From a virus: 64,000 bases of DNA. A program made the position numbers and the translations under genes. The notes beneath the pieces were generated by a model. It was not told the origin of the DNA and made no database searches. It saw nothing but the letters and a program-made list of their open reading frames with translations. Positions 8,526 to 17,431 of the stretch are shown one piece after another; the stretch's first letter is position 1; every line of letters starts with the position of its first letter. Where the stretch lies: IMG/VR virus record IMGVR_UViG_3300027969_000042, positions 96,001 to 160,000 of that record. One strand, given 5' to 3'.

Positions 8526-10046
8526 TTATCTTGATTTAAAATTTTCAAAACTTTTGATTAAATTACCTTGTTTATCTAATTTAGTAACATCTTTAGTAGC
8601 AATTACTTTATTATCCATATCAGGTGATTTTGGATTGAAATGTTCTGCAGGTTCACTCCACTTTAAACTCAAATTAAAAGGAACACCTGATAAGTCAGAT
8701 ATAATCTTATTCTTAAACATATCAACATATTTTAAACCATCATAAAGAGTCAATTCTACAATTTTATCATCTTCACTACCAGTTTTCTCACCAGACTTTC
8801 CATAGATATTTGAAATTGAACCAATTCCACCGTGACCACCAGAAACAGTAATCTCATCTTGTCCTAATGTGGTATCGGGATTGTGATAACCTAGGTGTTT
8901 TTGAAAGTTTTTTAATAACTCTGTCATATACTTACCTAAATCATCAACTACTTTACTACCTTTTAATGTAGGTAAATTTTCAATTGTATTTATCTTCTTA
9001 TATGCACAAACTTGTAAAGTTGAACCATATTGAAGTAATATGAAATTAGGTTCTGAATCCAGAACACCATCAGCAAAATCTTTCTCAACAATAACTCTTG
9101 CTCTTAAAGCATTTGCCCAAGTTCCAGTTGGTACAAAAACTAAATTACCAATTTTTTGATAACCATCCATTTGAAGATATTGACCATTTTTAAATTGATT
9201 TGTAAATTCTGTCTGTGTATTATAAGTTTTTTTAGAAGACATTGAACCTCTAGTTTTCTTTTGCATTTCTCCTAATCTCCATTGAGAATCCTCAATAAAG
9301 TCTTTTTTATGACCTCTTTTAGGTCCACCCATTATAGCATTATGTTCTGGATAAACTTTCTTCATCACATTAAAAATAGAGTAAATAGAAGCATCTGCAC
9401 AGTTTTGAATAACTGATATAAGTGTTTTCGTATCTGATCTTTTTAAGAACTGATTAAATGCTGCACCAAATTCTAATCTTCTTTTTTTAGACTTTTTAAT
9501 TTCTGATAAATTAAAATCTAAAAGTCTTTGCCAAGGAACTTCATATTCATCATATTTTGCAGCATCAATCATATCAATTACATCTAATTGAAGCGAATCT
9601 TGTGGAACACCGAGTGCTTGACAAACTGCCTCATATCCAGAATCAGTTTTTTTCTTTTGTACCGGTGACTTTTTATATTTTTCTAAATCATCTTCATTGA
9701 ATAATCCGTGGTGATCTAAGTAATAATCTATCATATCATCTCTTTCATCTCCTGGCATAGAAGCGAAATCTAAAACAACATTTATAAGTTTTGGATCTAA
9801 AGTTGTATATTTCCAACCTTCTGTGTAATTAAGTATACCGTATTTAACAATAGTAAATCCTTTGTTAAGTAAGTATTTTTTTACTTCGATTGCAGAGAAA
9901 ATACCATCCATATCATCGTGAGTATAAAGTGCAACATTTTTACCTTCTTTACCTTTTCTTAACCAATACTTTTCATCTACTGGCAATCTTGGTGAAGACT
10001 CTTCTTTGATTAAATCAAATTTATTAAATTGTTTTACGTTTTTCAT
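8526..10046 (-). CDS. DHH/DHHA1-family phosphoesterase
   Basis: YTHDDMDG, VLDF, LDHH and C-terminal SGGHGG motifs. N-terminal KQFNKF..IKEE and C-terminal KSFENF. Confidence 0.75.
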   Translation of the reverse strand: MKNVKQFNKFDLIKEESSPRLPVDEKYWLRKGKEGKNVALYTHDDMDGIFSAIEVKKYLLNKGFTIVKYGILNYTEGWKYTTLDPKLINVVLDFASMPGDERDDMIDYYLDHHGLFNEDDLEKYKKSPVQKKKTDSGYEAVCQALGVPQDSLQLDVIDMIDAAKYDEYEVPWQRLLDFNLSEIKKSKKRRLEFGAAFNQFLKRSDTKTLISVIQNCADASIYSIFNVMKKVYPEHNAIMGGPKRGHKKDFIEDSQWRLGEMQKKTRGSMSSKKTYNTQTEFTNQFKNGQYLQMDGYQKIGNLVFVPTGTWANALRARVIVEKDFADGVLDSEPNFILLQYGSTLQVCAYKKINTIENLPTLKGSKVVDDLGKYMTELLKNFQKHLGYHNPDTTLGQDEITVSGGHGGIGSISNIYGKSGEKTGSEDDKIVELTLYDGLKYVDMFKNKIISDLSGVPFNLSLKWSEPAEHFNPKSPDMDNKVIATKDVTKLDKQGNLIKSFENFKSR

Positions 10047-10081
10047 AGTCTATATATTTTGTTTCAATAATGTAAATTCTA

Positions 10082-10864
10082 TTATCTGTTATTATAATCA
10101 TTTTCTATATAACGCCAAGCATCATTAAAATCTCCAAAATTGAGTCCATTTTGATGTAATAACACCTCTAGTCTATTAAAGTCTACTACTCTACAAAGAT
10201 TATCGTGTATTATAAAATTATAATGTGAAGATGATTGTGTGTTATAAGAAAGTTTAAGTACTTTAACCGGATTGTTTCTATCAGTTACAAACTTATTTTT
10301 ATAAAAAATATAATAATGTCTCCATCTTCCAGTATTTCTTGTTACTTTCCAAACAGATCTGTCTTCATCATTATCTAATTGACTAAGATAAGTATTATCT
10401 TTTTTATATACTCTTGATAAAAGATCACACAAAATTTCATTATAAATTTGAATTCTAATACCATCAATAGGAACTATTTGTTGTAAAGTATTTATACTTG
10501 TCAACTCTTTTTCATTCCAAACGTTATTTTGAATATCTAAAAGATAAAGTGATTTAATAACATATTCTTTTTTTAGAAAATGTAAAAAAGGTATAAATCT
10601 ATCTGATACTGTGTTCCAAAGAAAAGGATGTACCTCTACTCTATTTCTAACATCTGTTTGAAAATTAGTAGTCTTGGATGCTGACGTATCTTCTTTTTTA
10701 TAAATATAAATTTCTAATTTATTTGCAGTATTACCACCATTTTCTTCACAATCACCAACAATAACTTCATATCCCTCATCAAGTAAATAAGCTAGATGAT
10801 TCCTAACAAAATCCTCAACATCTCTAATTTGATATGCCTCATTTATACTTTTTAAATATTTCAT
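10082..10864 (-). CDS. Hypothetical protein with capsid-targeting-like N-terminus
   Basis: Starts MKYLKSINEA. Confidence 0.8.
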   Translation of the reverse strand: MKYLKSINEAYQIRDVEDFVRNHLAYLLDEGYEVIVGDCEENGGNTANKLEIYIYKKEDTSASKTTNFQTDVRNRVEVHPFLWNTVSDRFIPFLHFLKKEYVIKSLYLLDIQNNVWNEKELTSINTLQQIVPIDGIRIQIYNEILCDLLSRVYKKDNTYLSQLDNDEDRSVWKVTRNTGRWRHYYIFYKNKFVTDRNNPVKVLKLSYNTQSSSHYNFIIHDNLCRVVDFNRLEVLLHQNGLNFGDFNDAWRYIENDYNNR

Positions 10865-12237
10865 TACTTTTTAAATCCTTTTATAGCACCTTCTTTATCA
10901 CCTTTATCATCCTCTTCAAATGGAGTATCAAAGAAGTTAGAAGTATCAGTAACAACTTTAACTTCTGAGTCTAAACTAGCGTAAGGTCCAAGTTCACCAG
11001 AACGGAAAACACCACTATACATATTACCATTAAGATATCCACCCATAAAGTAACAATTAGTCAATTCACTTTGTTCTACTTTACAGTTGAATACTTTTGA
11101 ATTATCTACATCAGAGTGTTGAATTTTAGATTTTGTAATTTGTGAATTCTTTATTTCAGATCCAACAAAGAAACAGTCTTCAAAAATTCCTTCTACATTA
11201 CAGTTTATTAAGTCACATCCTTTAATTGTTAAAAGTGATTTAAAGTTTGCATCAACTATTTCAACTATTTGTGTGTTGATAACATAATTTATAATACATT
11301 CTTTTAAATCTTCTGTAGCTTCAACTAAAGCAAATAACTTAGGATAGATTTTATCATAGTAAGTATTTACCATATCATAACTATTATTCTGGTCTATTTG
11401 TATTTGTACACTAGGGAAATCAACAATAAAATTATCATATTTTGAAAGGTTTTTAAATTTTGATATATTTTCTTCTAAGAACTCTTCTAATTTAGAAACA
11501 TCTTCTGCATTAAATAGAGTATCAATAGAGTCAAATACATTTATAATAAATCTATCCATAAAGTAAATTAGTTGACCTAAATTCTTTTCATAGTCTTTAC
11601 CACCAATATATCTCAACTCTAATCTTTGAGTTTCTTTATCGTTATTGATATGTAAGAAGTTTATACCAAAGTACTTATCATTTGGTAATCTTAAATTATT
11701 TTTAACAACTGAGATAGGAATATTGAAAAAGTCATACTCTTTAAAAGGAATCATATTTTTAATACTTTTTGCATAAACATTTGCTTTTCTTGATGGATAA
11801 CATCTATATATCTCATCTTCATCAGTATTTAATATAAGTTTTAGTATATTTAAGTCATTTAAGTTTTTATCCCCGTTAAAGGATAAGTTAAAGTGAATAG
11901 AACATTTCTCGTTGGTGTATCCATAAGTTTGTATAAATTTAATAATTTTAACAAGAAAATACTTAGCATCAAAATAATCTAATGGTCCTGTTACTAATTC
12001 AACCATGTTTGAACCTCCTGATAAATCGGGTTCAATTTTAAAGTTTCTATCATCTGGAGTAAAATCAGAGTGATACTCTCTAAAACCCCAAACCTTAACT
12101 GGGTCTAGTTCTTGGTTAAGTAGTTCTAATGTTTTATAGAAAGAAAGATCTTTCATATAGAACTCGAATTCCATTCCTACTATTGCATTTTTAAGCTTAC
12201 TTGATTGGTTTAAAAATTTATCTGAATATTTTTCCAT
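10864..12237 (-). CDS. Putative amidoligase (COOH-NH2 ligase, Amidoligase_2-like) with C-terminal beta-helix-like repeats
   Basis: VGMEFEF, EPDLS..VELVTGPL, CSIHFNLS, KYFGINF and RLELRYIGG. Repetitive C/N/S-rich pentapeptide-like C-terminus. Confidence 0.7.
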   Translation of the reverse strand: MEKYSDKFLNQSSKLKNAIVGMEFEFYMKDLSFYKTLELLNQELDPVKVWGFREYHSDFTPDDRNFKIEPDLSGGSNMVELVTGPLDYFDAKYFLVKIIKFIQTYGYTNEKCSIHFNLSFNGDKNLNDLNILKLILNTDEDEIYRCYPSRKANVYAKSIKNMIPFKEYDFFNIPISVVKNNLRLPNDKYFGINFLHINNDKETQRLELRYIGGKDYEKNLGQLIYFMDRFIINVFDSIDTLFNAEDVSKLEEFLEENISKFKNLSKYDNFIVDFPSVQIQIDQNNSYDMVNTYYDKIYPKLFALVEATEDLKECIINYVINTQIVEIVDANFKSLLTIKGCDLINCNVEGIFEDCFFVGSEIKNSQITKSKIQHSDVDNSKVFNCKVEQSELTNCYFMGGYLNGNMYSGVFRSGELGPYASLDSEVKVVTDTSNFFDTPFEEDDKGDKEGAIKGFKK

Positions 12238-12309
12238 ATTGTTATATATTAAAAATTATAGGGACTTTAATCGAAATTATATATAAATTGTTAAAAATAA
12301 ATAAAATGA

Positions 12310-12699
12310 ATGGAGTTCTTTTGTGTCTATTGCAAAACTAGGAAAAAATTTGATAAATTTGTAAAGGTGAACGCCATCAAAAATAAATATATCATAGATA
12401 TAAATAAAATAATTAGTGAAGAAGAGGTTGACTTCACGGATGATAAAACGTACCTGAAAATTTTAATTTTTAACAAAATACAACAAGCAATAGATAAAAA
12501 GAAGGACATATACTATATTCCTGACTTCGATAACGAATTCTCAATCGAAAAACTACTTAACCTCAAAAAAATCCTTGGAGAAAACAATTTTAACGTTTTA
12601 ATATTCTACAATGAATTCAGAAGAAATCCAGAAGTTATGGATGATGTTTTCTCAAACCTTTCAAAATTTTCAAATTCTCAAATTATTCGTGATTATTAG
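12310..12699 (+). CDS. Hypothetical protein
   Basis: 129-aa ORF with an A-rich leader, divergent from the amidoligase. Confidence 0.65.
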   Translation: MEFFCVYCKTRKKFDKFVKVNAIKNKYIIDINKIISEEEVDFTDDKTYLKILIFNKIQQAIDKKKDIYYIPDFDNEFSIEKLLNLKKILGENNFNVLIFYNEFRRNPEVMDDVFSNLSKFSNSQIIRDY

Positions 12700-12754
12700 G
12701 TAATCAGAGATTACTAATTTTTTATATATAGTATATAAAAAATAATTATTAGTT

Positions 12755-14989
12755 ATGGCTTTATTAGGCGGTTCTCCACTTGGTCTTATTGGTGTTAGAA
12801 GTTTACCAACTTCCGATGGTATGTCAACATTTAATGGTGGTGCCAGTAGAAAAATATCAGTAAACTCATATAATAATGCAACCAATGGTCAAATGAATGC
12901 AACTGGTGTTTTTACTGGATCAACAGGTACTAGATCTTTATTTAGTGGATCTCCTTCTGCATCACTTGCACCATATGGTAATGTTGGTAAATTAGGAACA
13001 ACAACGGGTGGTGGTATGGACATGTCTGGACCGTATAAAGGTATTAAAAGAAGTAGTTTACATAATAATACTGTATATGATACAAGTTTATTAAATATTA
13101 TTGAACAACTATCTGGTACACAAGCCGAATTAAGACCTTCTGACTTTGCTTATCTTAAAGATGTCGGTGTTTTTCCTAATAATAGACTAATGATCGCAAG
13201 AAGATTTGCATCACCTCATAATGATAATATTTTTCTTAAAGGATTGGCAACTGGACAACCCGTTGCTATTATGATTTCTTGGAAACCACAAGGAGAAGAT
13301 TTCTTAAAAATATCATTTGGTGAAAAGTGGGAAGATGCAGATGCTGACTTTAAAAATGTACTGGATTCATTGGGAGAAGACTTTCTTGGTAAAGAACTTG
13401 GTAAAAGAATTGGTGGTGGTATTGCAGTTGTTCCTTTACCTGGATTTACTGAAACAATCCAAAGAACGGTATTGGCAAAATTGGGTGTTATTGAAGACGA
13501 TATGAAAACTCCACTTCCTTCAGGAAATCCTAATCTTATTAAAATGGCAAAAAGAAGACAAACTATTAAAAGTGAGACTGCTGGGTCAGGATTAAAATGT
13601 ACTGTATCTATAACGATGACTTGTGAGTGGGAACAGAAATTTATATCAGGTATTGATCCAACTATTGCTTGGCAGGATATTCTGGGTAAAATACTAACAT
13701 TTTCGACATCCAGAAGTAATAATTATGGTTTGAAAGGAGCATTTGAAAAAAAAATGAAGGAGTGGATGGATCATCCAGAAAAAATTGTGGAAGATATGGT
13801 AAAATATATTAAAGAAGGGTTAGATAAGGCAAAGGAATCTATACAAGAAATGATAAATGGTATTAAAGAAACACTTGCTCCACAAGATGAGAAATCAAAG
13901 GCAGCAAGAGAGAAAGAAACTGCGGATAAAAATGCAGAAAAATTAAAAGAACTTAGTGCAGACGGTTATGCACAAACACTTGTAGATAGTCTAAAAGAAG
14001 GTTTATCAAGACAACTTAATAAGTATAGAATTGCACTTGAAGGTATAGCAAGATCACTTAGTGGTGCACCTTCTACACCTTGGCATATTACCATTGGTAA
14101 TCCATTAAGACCTATTTTTTGTTCTGGTGATATGTATATGGAATCGGACTTGACACTAGATTTAGGTCCCACATTGGCTTTTAATGATTTACCATCAAAT
14201 ATAAAAGCAACTTTTACACTAGAAAATGCAAGACCTTGGGGTCTACAAGAAATTGCGGCAAAGTTTAACTCTGGTTCTATTAGAGTTGTTACTATTGTTA
14301 AAGATACAAATGATCTAAATCATGGAGAAAAACTTCAAGATCAGATTTATGTTACACCGACAACTGGATCAGCGACAAATCCTACAAATACTCCTGCGAC
14401 TACTAATGCGGTTGCGGCGGCGGCGGCTACTGGTGCAGTTACAGGAGTGGCTGGAGCAACTGTTCCTACAACTGCCGCTCAAGTTACACCGACAATAGCT
14501 ACAGTTGCTGCTGGTCCTCAACTACCACCTCCTGTTCCTACATTTGCAAATAATTTCAATACCGATATTAGTACAGCGGCGGGTCCTTTAACTGCAGGGG
14601 CTGCAGCGGCGGCAGCAAGTGCAAAAAGTGGTTTAGATGGTGTTACTGCCGCAGTAAATAGTGGTCAAGCTCAAGCAGAGGCCTTAGCGGCCAAAGCAAC
14701 AGCTGCGGCTAATGAGGCAGCCACCGCGGCAGGTGCTGCAACCAGTGGTGTAATCAATGGAGCAATTGAAGGTGCCGTAGCGACGGCACAAGCAGGAGTT
14801 GCGGCACAAGCAGGAGTTGCGACGGCACAAAATGCAGTAGCAACATCCGGTGCTAATGTGGCTACAAATGCTGCAACTGCTGCAGGTACAGTAAAAGAAT
14901 CAGTTAATAGTGAAACGATAGTACCAGATGCAAATTCATCAATAGGAACAACATTACAAAACATAAATTGGAGTGGTTTTACACTTTAA
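12755..14989 (+). CDS. Putative tail/baseplate structural protein with long Ala-rich C-terminal tail
   Basis: First gene of the baseplate cluster, ahead of the gp53-like gene. About 170 aa of A/T/G/V-rich low-complexity sequence near the C-terminus. Confidence 0.55.
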   Translation: MALLGGSPLGLIGVRSLPTSDGMSTFNGGASRKISVNSYNNATNGQMNATGVFTGSTGTRSLFSGSPSASLAPYGNVGKLGTTTGGGMDMSGPYKGIKRSSLHNNTVYDTSLLNIIEQLSGTQAELRPSDFAYLKDVGVFPNNRLMIARRFASPHNDNIFLKGLATGQPVAIMISWKPQGEDFLKISFGEKWEDADADFKNVLDSLGEDFLGKELGKRIGGGIAVVPLPGFTETIQRTVLAKLGVIEDDMKTPLPSGNPNLIKMAKRRQTIKSETAGSGLKCTVSITMTCEWEQKFISGIDPTIAWQDILGKILTFSTSRSNNYGLKGAFEKKMKEWMDHPEKIVEDMVKYIKEGLDKAKESIQEMINGIKETLAPQDEKSKAAREKETADKNAEKLKELSADGYAQTLVDSLKEGLSRQLNKYRIALEGIARSLSGAPSTPWHITIGNPLRPIFCSGDMYMESDLTLDLGPTLAFNDLPSNIKATFTLENARPWGLQEIAAKFNSGSIRVVTIVKDTNDLNHGEKLQDQIYVTPTTGSATNPTNTPATTNAVAAAAATGAVTGVAGATVPTTAAQVTPTIATVAAGPQLPPPVPTFANNFNTDISTAAGPLTAGAAAAAASAKSGLDGVTAAVNSGQAQAEALAAKATAAANEAATAAGAATSGVINGAIEGAVATAQAGVAAQAGVATAQNAVATSGANVATNAATAAGTVKESVNSETIVPDANSSIGTTLQNINWSGFTL

Positions 14990-15005
14990 AAAATAAGATA
15001 AAAAA

Positions 15006-15509
15006 ATGGATATATTTTCTTTATATAGAACAGTTAAATTTAACACTACTGATAATGTTTATAATCTTTTTGAACCAACTATTGTTTTCAGAGATGATTC
15101 TACACAAGAATATACGGTAACTGATGCAGATGAGATGCGTATAGATTTAATTTTTCAAAATATGTATAATATAACACCAAATTCAATCTATGAGATGTTA
15201 GAGCATATTGATATTATTTTAAGATTAAATAATATAGATAATCCACTAAATATTAAAGAAGGAATGGTTTTGAAATATCCAATAATGGGTCAATTTGAAT
15301 TTTACAGATATTCAGAAGTTTTAGAAGATACAAATAATGAGACTATTAAACAATTGGGAGTTCAGAATAACCCTAATAAAACTACAAGAGTTGATCCTAA
15401 TAGACAAAATTATATAGAGAATGACTATTCACTATCTCCAGTTGTTTTGGATACACCAAGAGAACCGGTTAGAATAGTAGATGGTAGATTTTCAATAGGA
15501 GGATTATAA
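15006..15509 (+). CDS. Baseplate wedge protein, T4 gp53/LysM-like
   Basis: YTVTDADEMRIDLI..MY...IILRLNNIDNPLNIKEGMVLKYP is a LysM-like gp53 pattern. Confidence 0.7.
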   Translation: MDIFSLYRTVKFNTTDNVYNLFEPTIVFRDDSTQEYTVTDADEMRIDLIFQNMYNITPNSIYEMLEHIDIILRLNNIDNPLNIKEGMVLKYPIMGQFEFYRYSEVLEDTNNETIKQLGVQNNPNKTTRVDPNRQNYIENDYSLSPVVLDTPREPVRIVDGRFSIGGL

Positions 15510-15510
15510 T

Positions 15511-17088
15511 ATGAAAGAGATTAAATCAGTAAGAGTAAGAAGAAGTGATGTAAAGTCAGGTACTTTAGATATTAAGGTAACTATATATGAAGAACGACGT
15601 ACATTTGGTGCAGATGAAAGAATAGTTGCAGGAACTAATAACGATAGACCAGTTTGGATAGCAACGACATATAAAAAGAAAGATTTATATAAAGAGTTTA
15701 CCGATGATCAATTTATAACAGACTTCATTGATATGAATGCTAGAAGTGATGGTGGTGGTAAGGAATATGAAATAATACAAGATCCTTGGGAAAATAAAGT
15801 ACCTATTTGGAGAAAGTATGGATTTGATCCTTACTACTTAAATAATGGTGCAGAGATACAGATAAATTGGAATGAAGGTAATATGGTATCCGGTGGATAT
15901 ACTTATAGTAGTGATACTGGTAAAGAAATAAATACAACATCTCTAATTAGTAAAACACATTGGATTGTTGGTATAGATGACCCATCTAAAGATCAAAATA
16001 GTTTATTACATTTCACTAAAAATAATGAAATTGACTATAGAAAAAAAGCAGTTGATTGTCAAGTATATGGTGGTTTAGTTACTGATCTTTATATAATAAA
16101 AGATATTATTGAAGCTTGGAAAAGAAAAGTTCCTGGTTATGATGAGTTGGCACTTTGTTCACCAAATAATGAAAAGTGTTCTATAATACCTTATAAAAGT
16201 CCTTTAAAACCAGTAGAACCAGAAGTACCACCCACAGTAAGTGTTGCAGTAAATGAGCCACCTAAGGAGAAAATGACAGTAGTTCTACCTCCAGATGTAG
16301 TAAAGGTTAAAAGTGATATAACATCATTTGTAGTTTATGTTGGTAAAGGAAAAGAGAAGGGATTATTGGAAAATCCAAGTGTCGAACAAGATGAATTTGT
16401 TTATGATGACTCACCAGGTATAGATGAATATACAGAATCTGAATTTATTGGTGAAGATGAAGCAAAATGGGAACCATTAAAAGATGTACAAGATGATACT
16501 TTTGATCCTGATACGGATAAAGGTGCTGGAGGTGATGAAACACCTGCACCAGAATCTTTTGTACCGGCAACACAGACTCAAAAAGACTTTATAAAGACTG
16601 CAGTTAGAGCTACTTTATCACAAGGTGAGAAACATGGAAAGTGTGCTCGTTTTACGTTTAATCACGTAAATAACTATATTAGACTTATGCAAGGTAAATC
16701 AGTGCAACAAGGTTCAATTCATAGTGCGGGTGGTAATGCAAATGATTCTGGATATCATAAAAATCTACAAAGTATGGGATATAAAATAATTTCAAATGAA
16801 AGTATTAGTAAGTCTAGTCTAATAAGTAAAATAAACTCTGGTGCTTGGTCTGTTGGAGATGTTATTGTTTATTGGTGTACTGATGGTCCATCTAGTGCAA
16901 GTCATGTTAAGTATGGACACACTCAAATATTTACAAATGGTTATCATAATGATTCAAGTTATAGATGGTCAACTGATAATATGAATAATTATAAGTGTTC
17001 TTTTGTATATAGAACAAAGGATGGTAATTCATACAAGTTTATTCACTTTCAAGCACCTAAAACTAAAAAGTTAAATGACGTAGCATAA
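15511..17088 (+). CDS. Virion-associated protein with C-terminal CHAP/NlpC-like peptidoglycan hydrolase domain
   Basis: GKCARF (Cys), GGNAND, GDVIVY and YGHTQIF (His). Confidence 0.7.
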   Translation: MKEIKSVRVRRSDVKSGTLDIKVTIYEERRTFGADERIVAGTNNDRPVWIATTYKKKDLYKEFTDDQFITDFIDMNARSDGGGKEYEIIQDPWENKVPIWRKYGFDPYYLNNGAEIQINWNEGNMVSGGYTYSSDTGKEINTTSLISKTHWIVGIDDPSKDQNSLLHFTKNNEIDYRKKAVDCQVYGGLVTDLYIIKDIIEAWKRKVPGYDELALCSPNNEKCSIIPYKSPLKPVEPEVPPTVSVAVNEPPKEKMTVVLPPDVVKVKSDITSFVVYVGKGKEKGLLENPSVEQDEFVYDDSPGIDEYTESEFIGEDEAKWEPLKDVQDDTFDPDTDKGAGGDETPAPESFVPATQTQKDFIKTAVRATLSQGEKHGKCARFTFNHVNNYIRLMQGKSVQQGSIHSAGGNANDSGYHKNLQSMGYKIISNESISKSSLISKINSGAWSVGDVIVYWCTDGPSSASHVKYGHTQIFTNGYHNDSSYRWSTDNMNNYKCSFVYRTKDGNSYKFIHFQAPKTKKLNDVA

Positions 17089-17113
17089 AAAAACCTCTTT
17101 AAAAGAGGTTTTT
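17087..17113. terminator. Bidirectional intrinsic terminator
   Basis: A-run-CCTCTTT/AAAAGAGG-T-run between convergent genes. Confidence 0.8.
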
Positions 17114-17117
17114 ATTT

Positions 17118-17384
17118 TTATTGTCCAATAGGTGGCATACCATTATCAGGTGTTGTTGATGCCGTTGCAATAATCATTAGATTATTTAATGCACTCGCAT
17201 AAGAAGAACCTGTTGCATAGATCTTAACTTCAGGCATACTAGCTGCAAAATAACCACCAGCATAAACTTCTGTTTGACTAACTAATAAACTACTACCATT
17301 AGATTGTGTTGCATATATTGCAACTGAACCATTTCTATACATTGGTACGTAGGAAATATTAACTAAATATTTTGGATTTGTCAT
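17118..17384 (-). CDS. Small hypothetical protein
   Basis: 88-aa ORF with its own TTTAATATATA at 17405-17415. Confidence 0.7.
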   Translation of the reverse strand: MTNPKYLVNISYVPMYRNGSVAIYATQSNGSSLLVSQTEVYAGGYFAASMPEVKIYATGSSYASALNNLMIIATASTTPDNGMPPIGQ

Positions 17385-17431
17385 GATAAAAAATTATTTT
17401 CTTTTATATATTAAATATGAAATATTATTTT

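Noticed and set aside
14671-14964. Antisense Ala-rich ORF and other short shadow ORFs (e.g. 1199-1399, 2326-2559, 13317-13505, 18807-19043, 19371-19688, 39756-40130, 59891-60097, 63511-63786)
   Set aside because: They lie opposite or out of frame within well-supported genes, have no motifs or expression signals, and are expected by chance.
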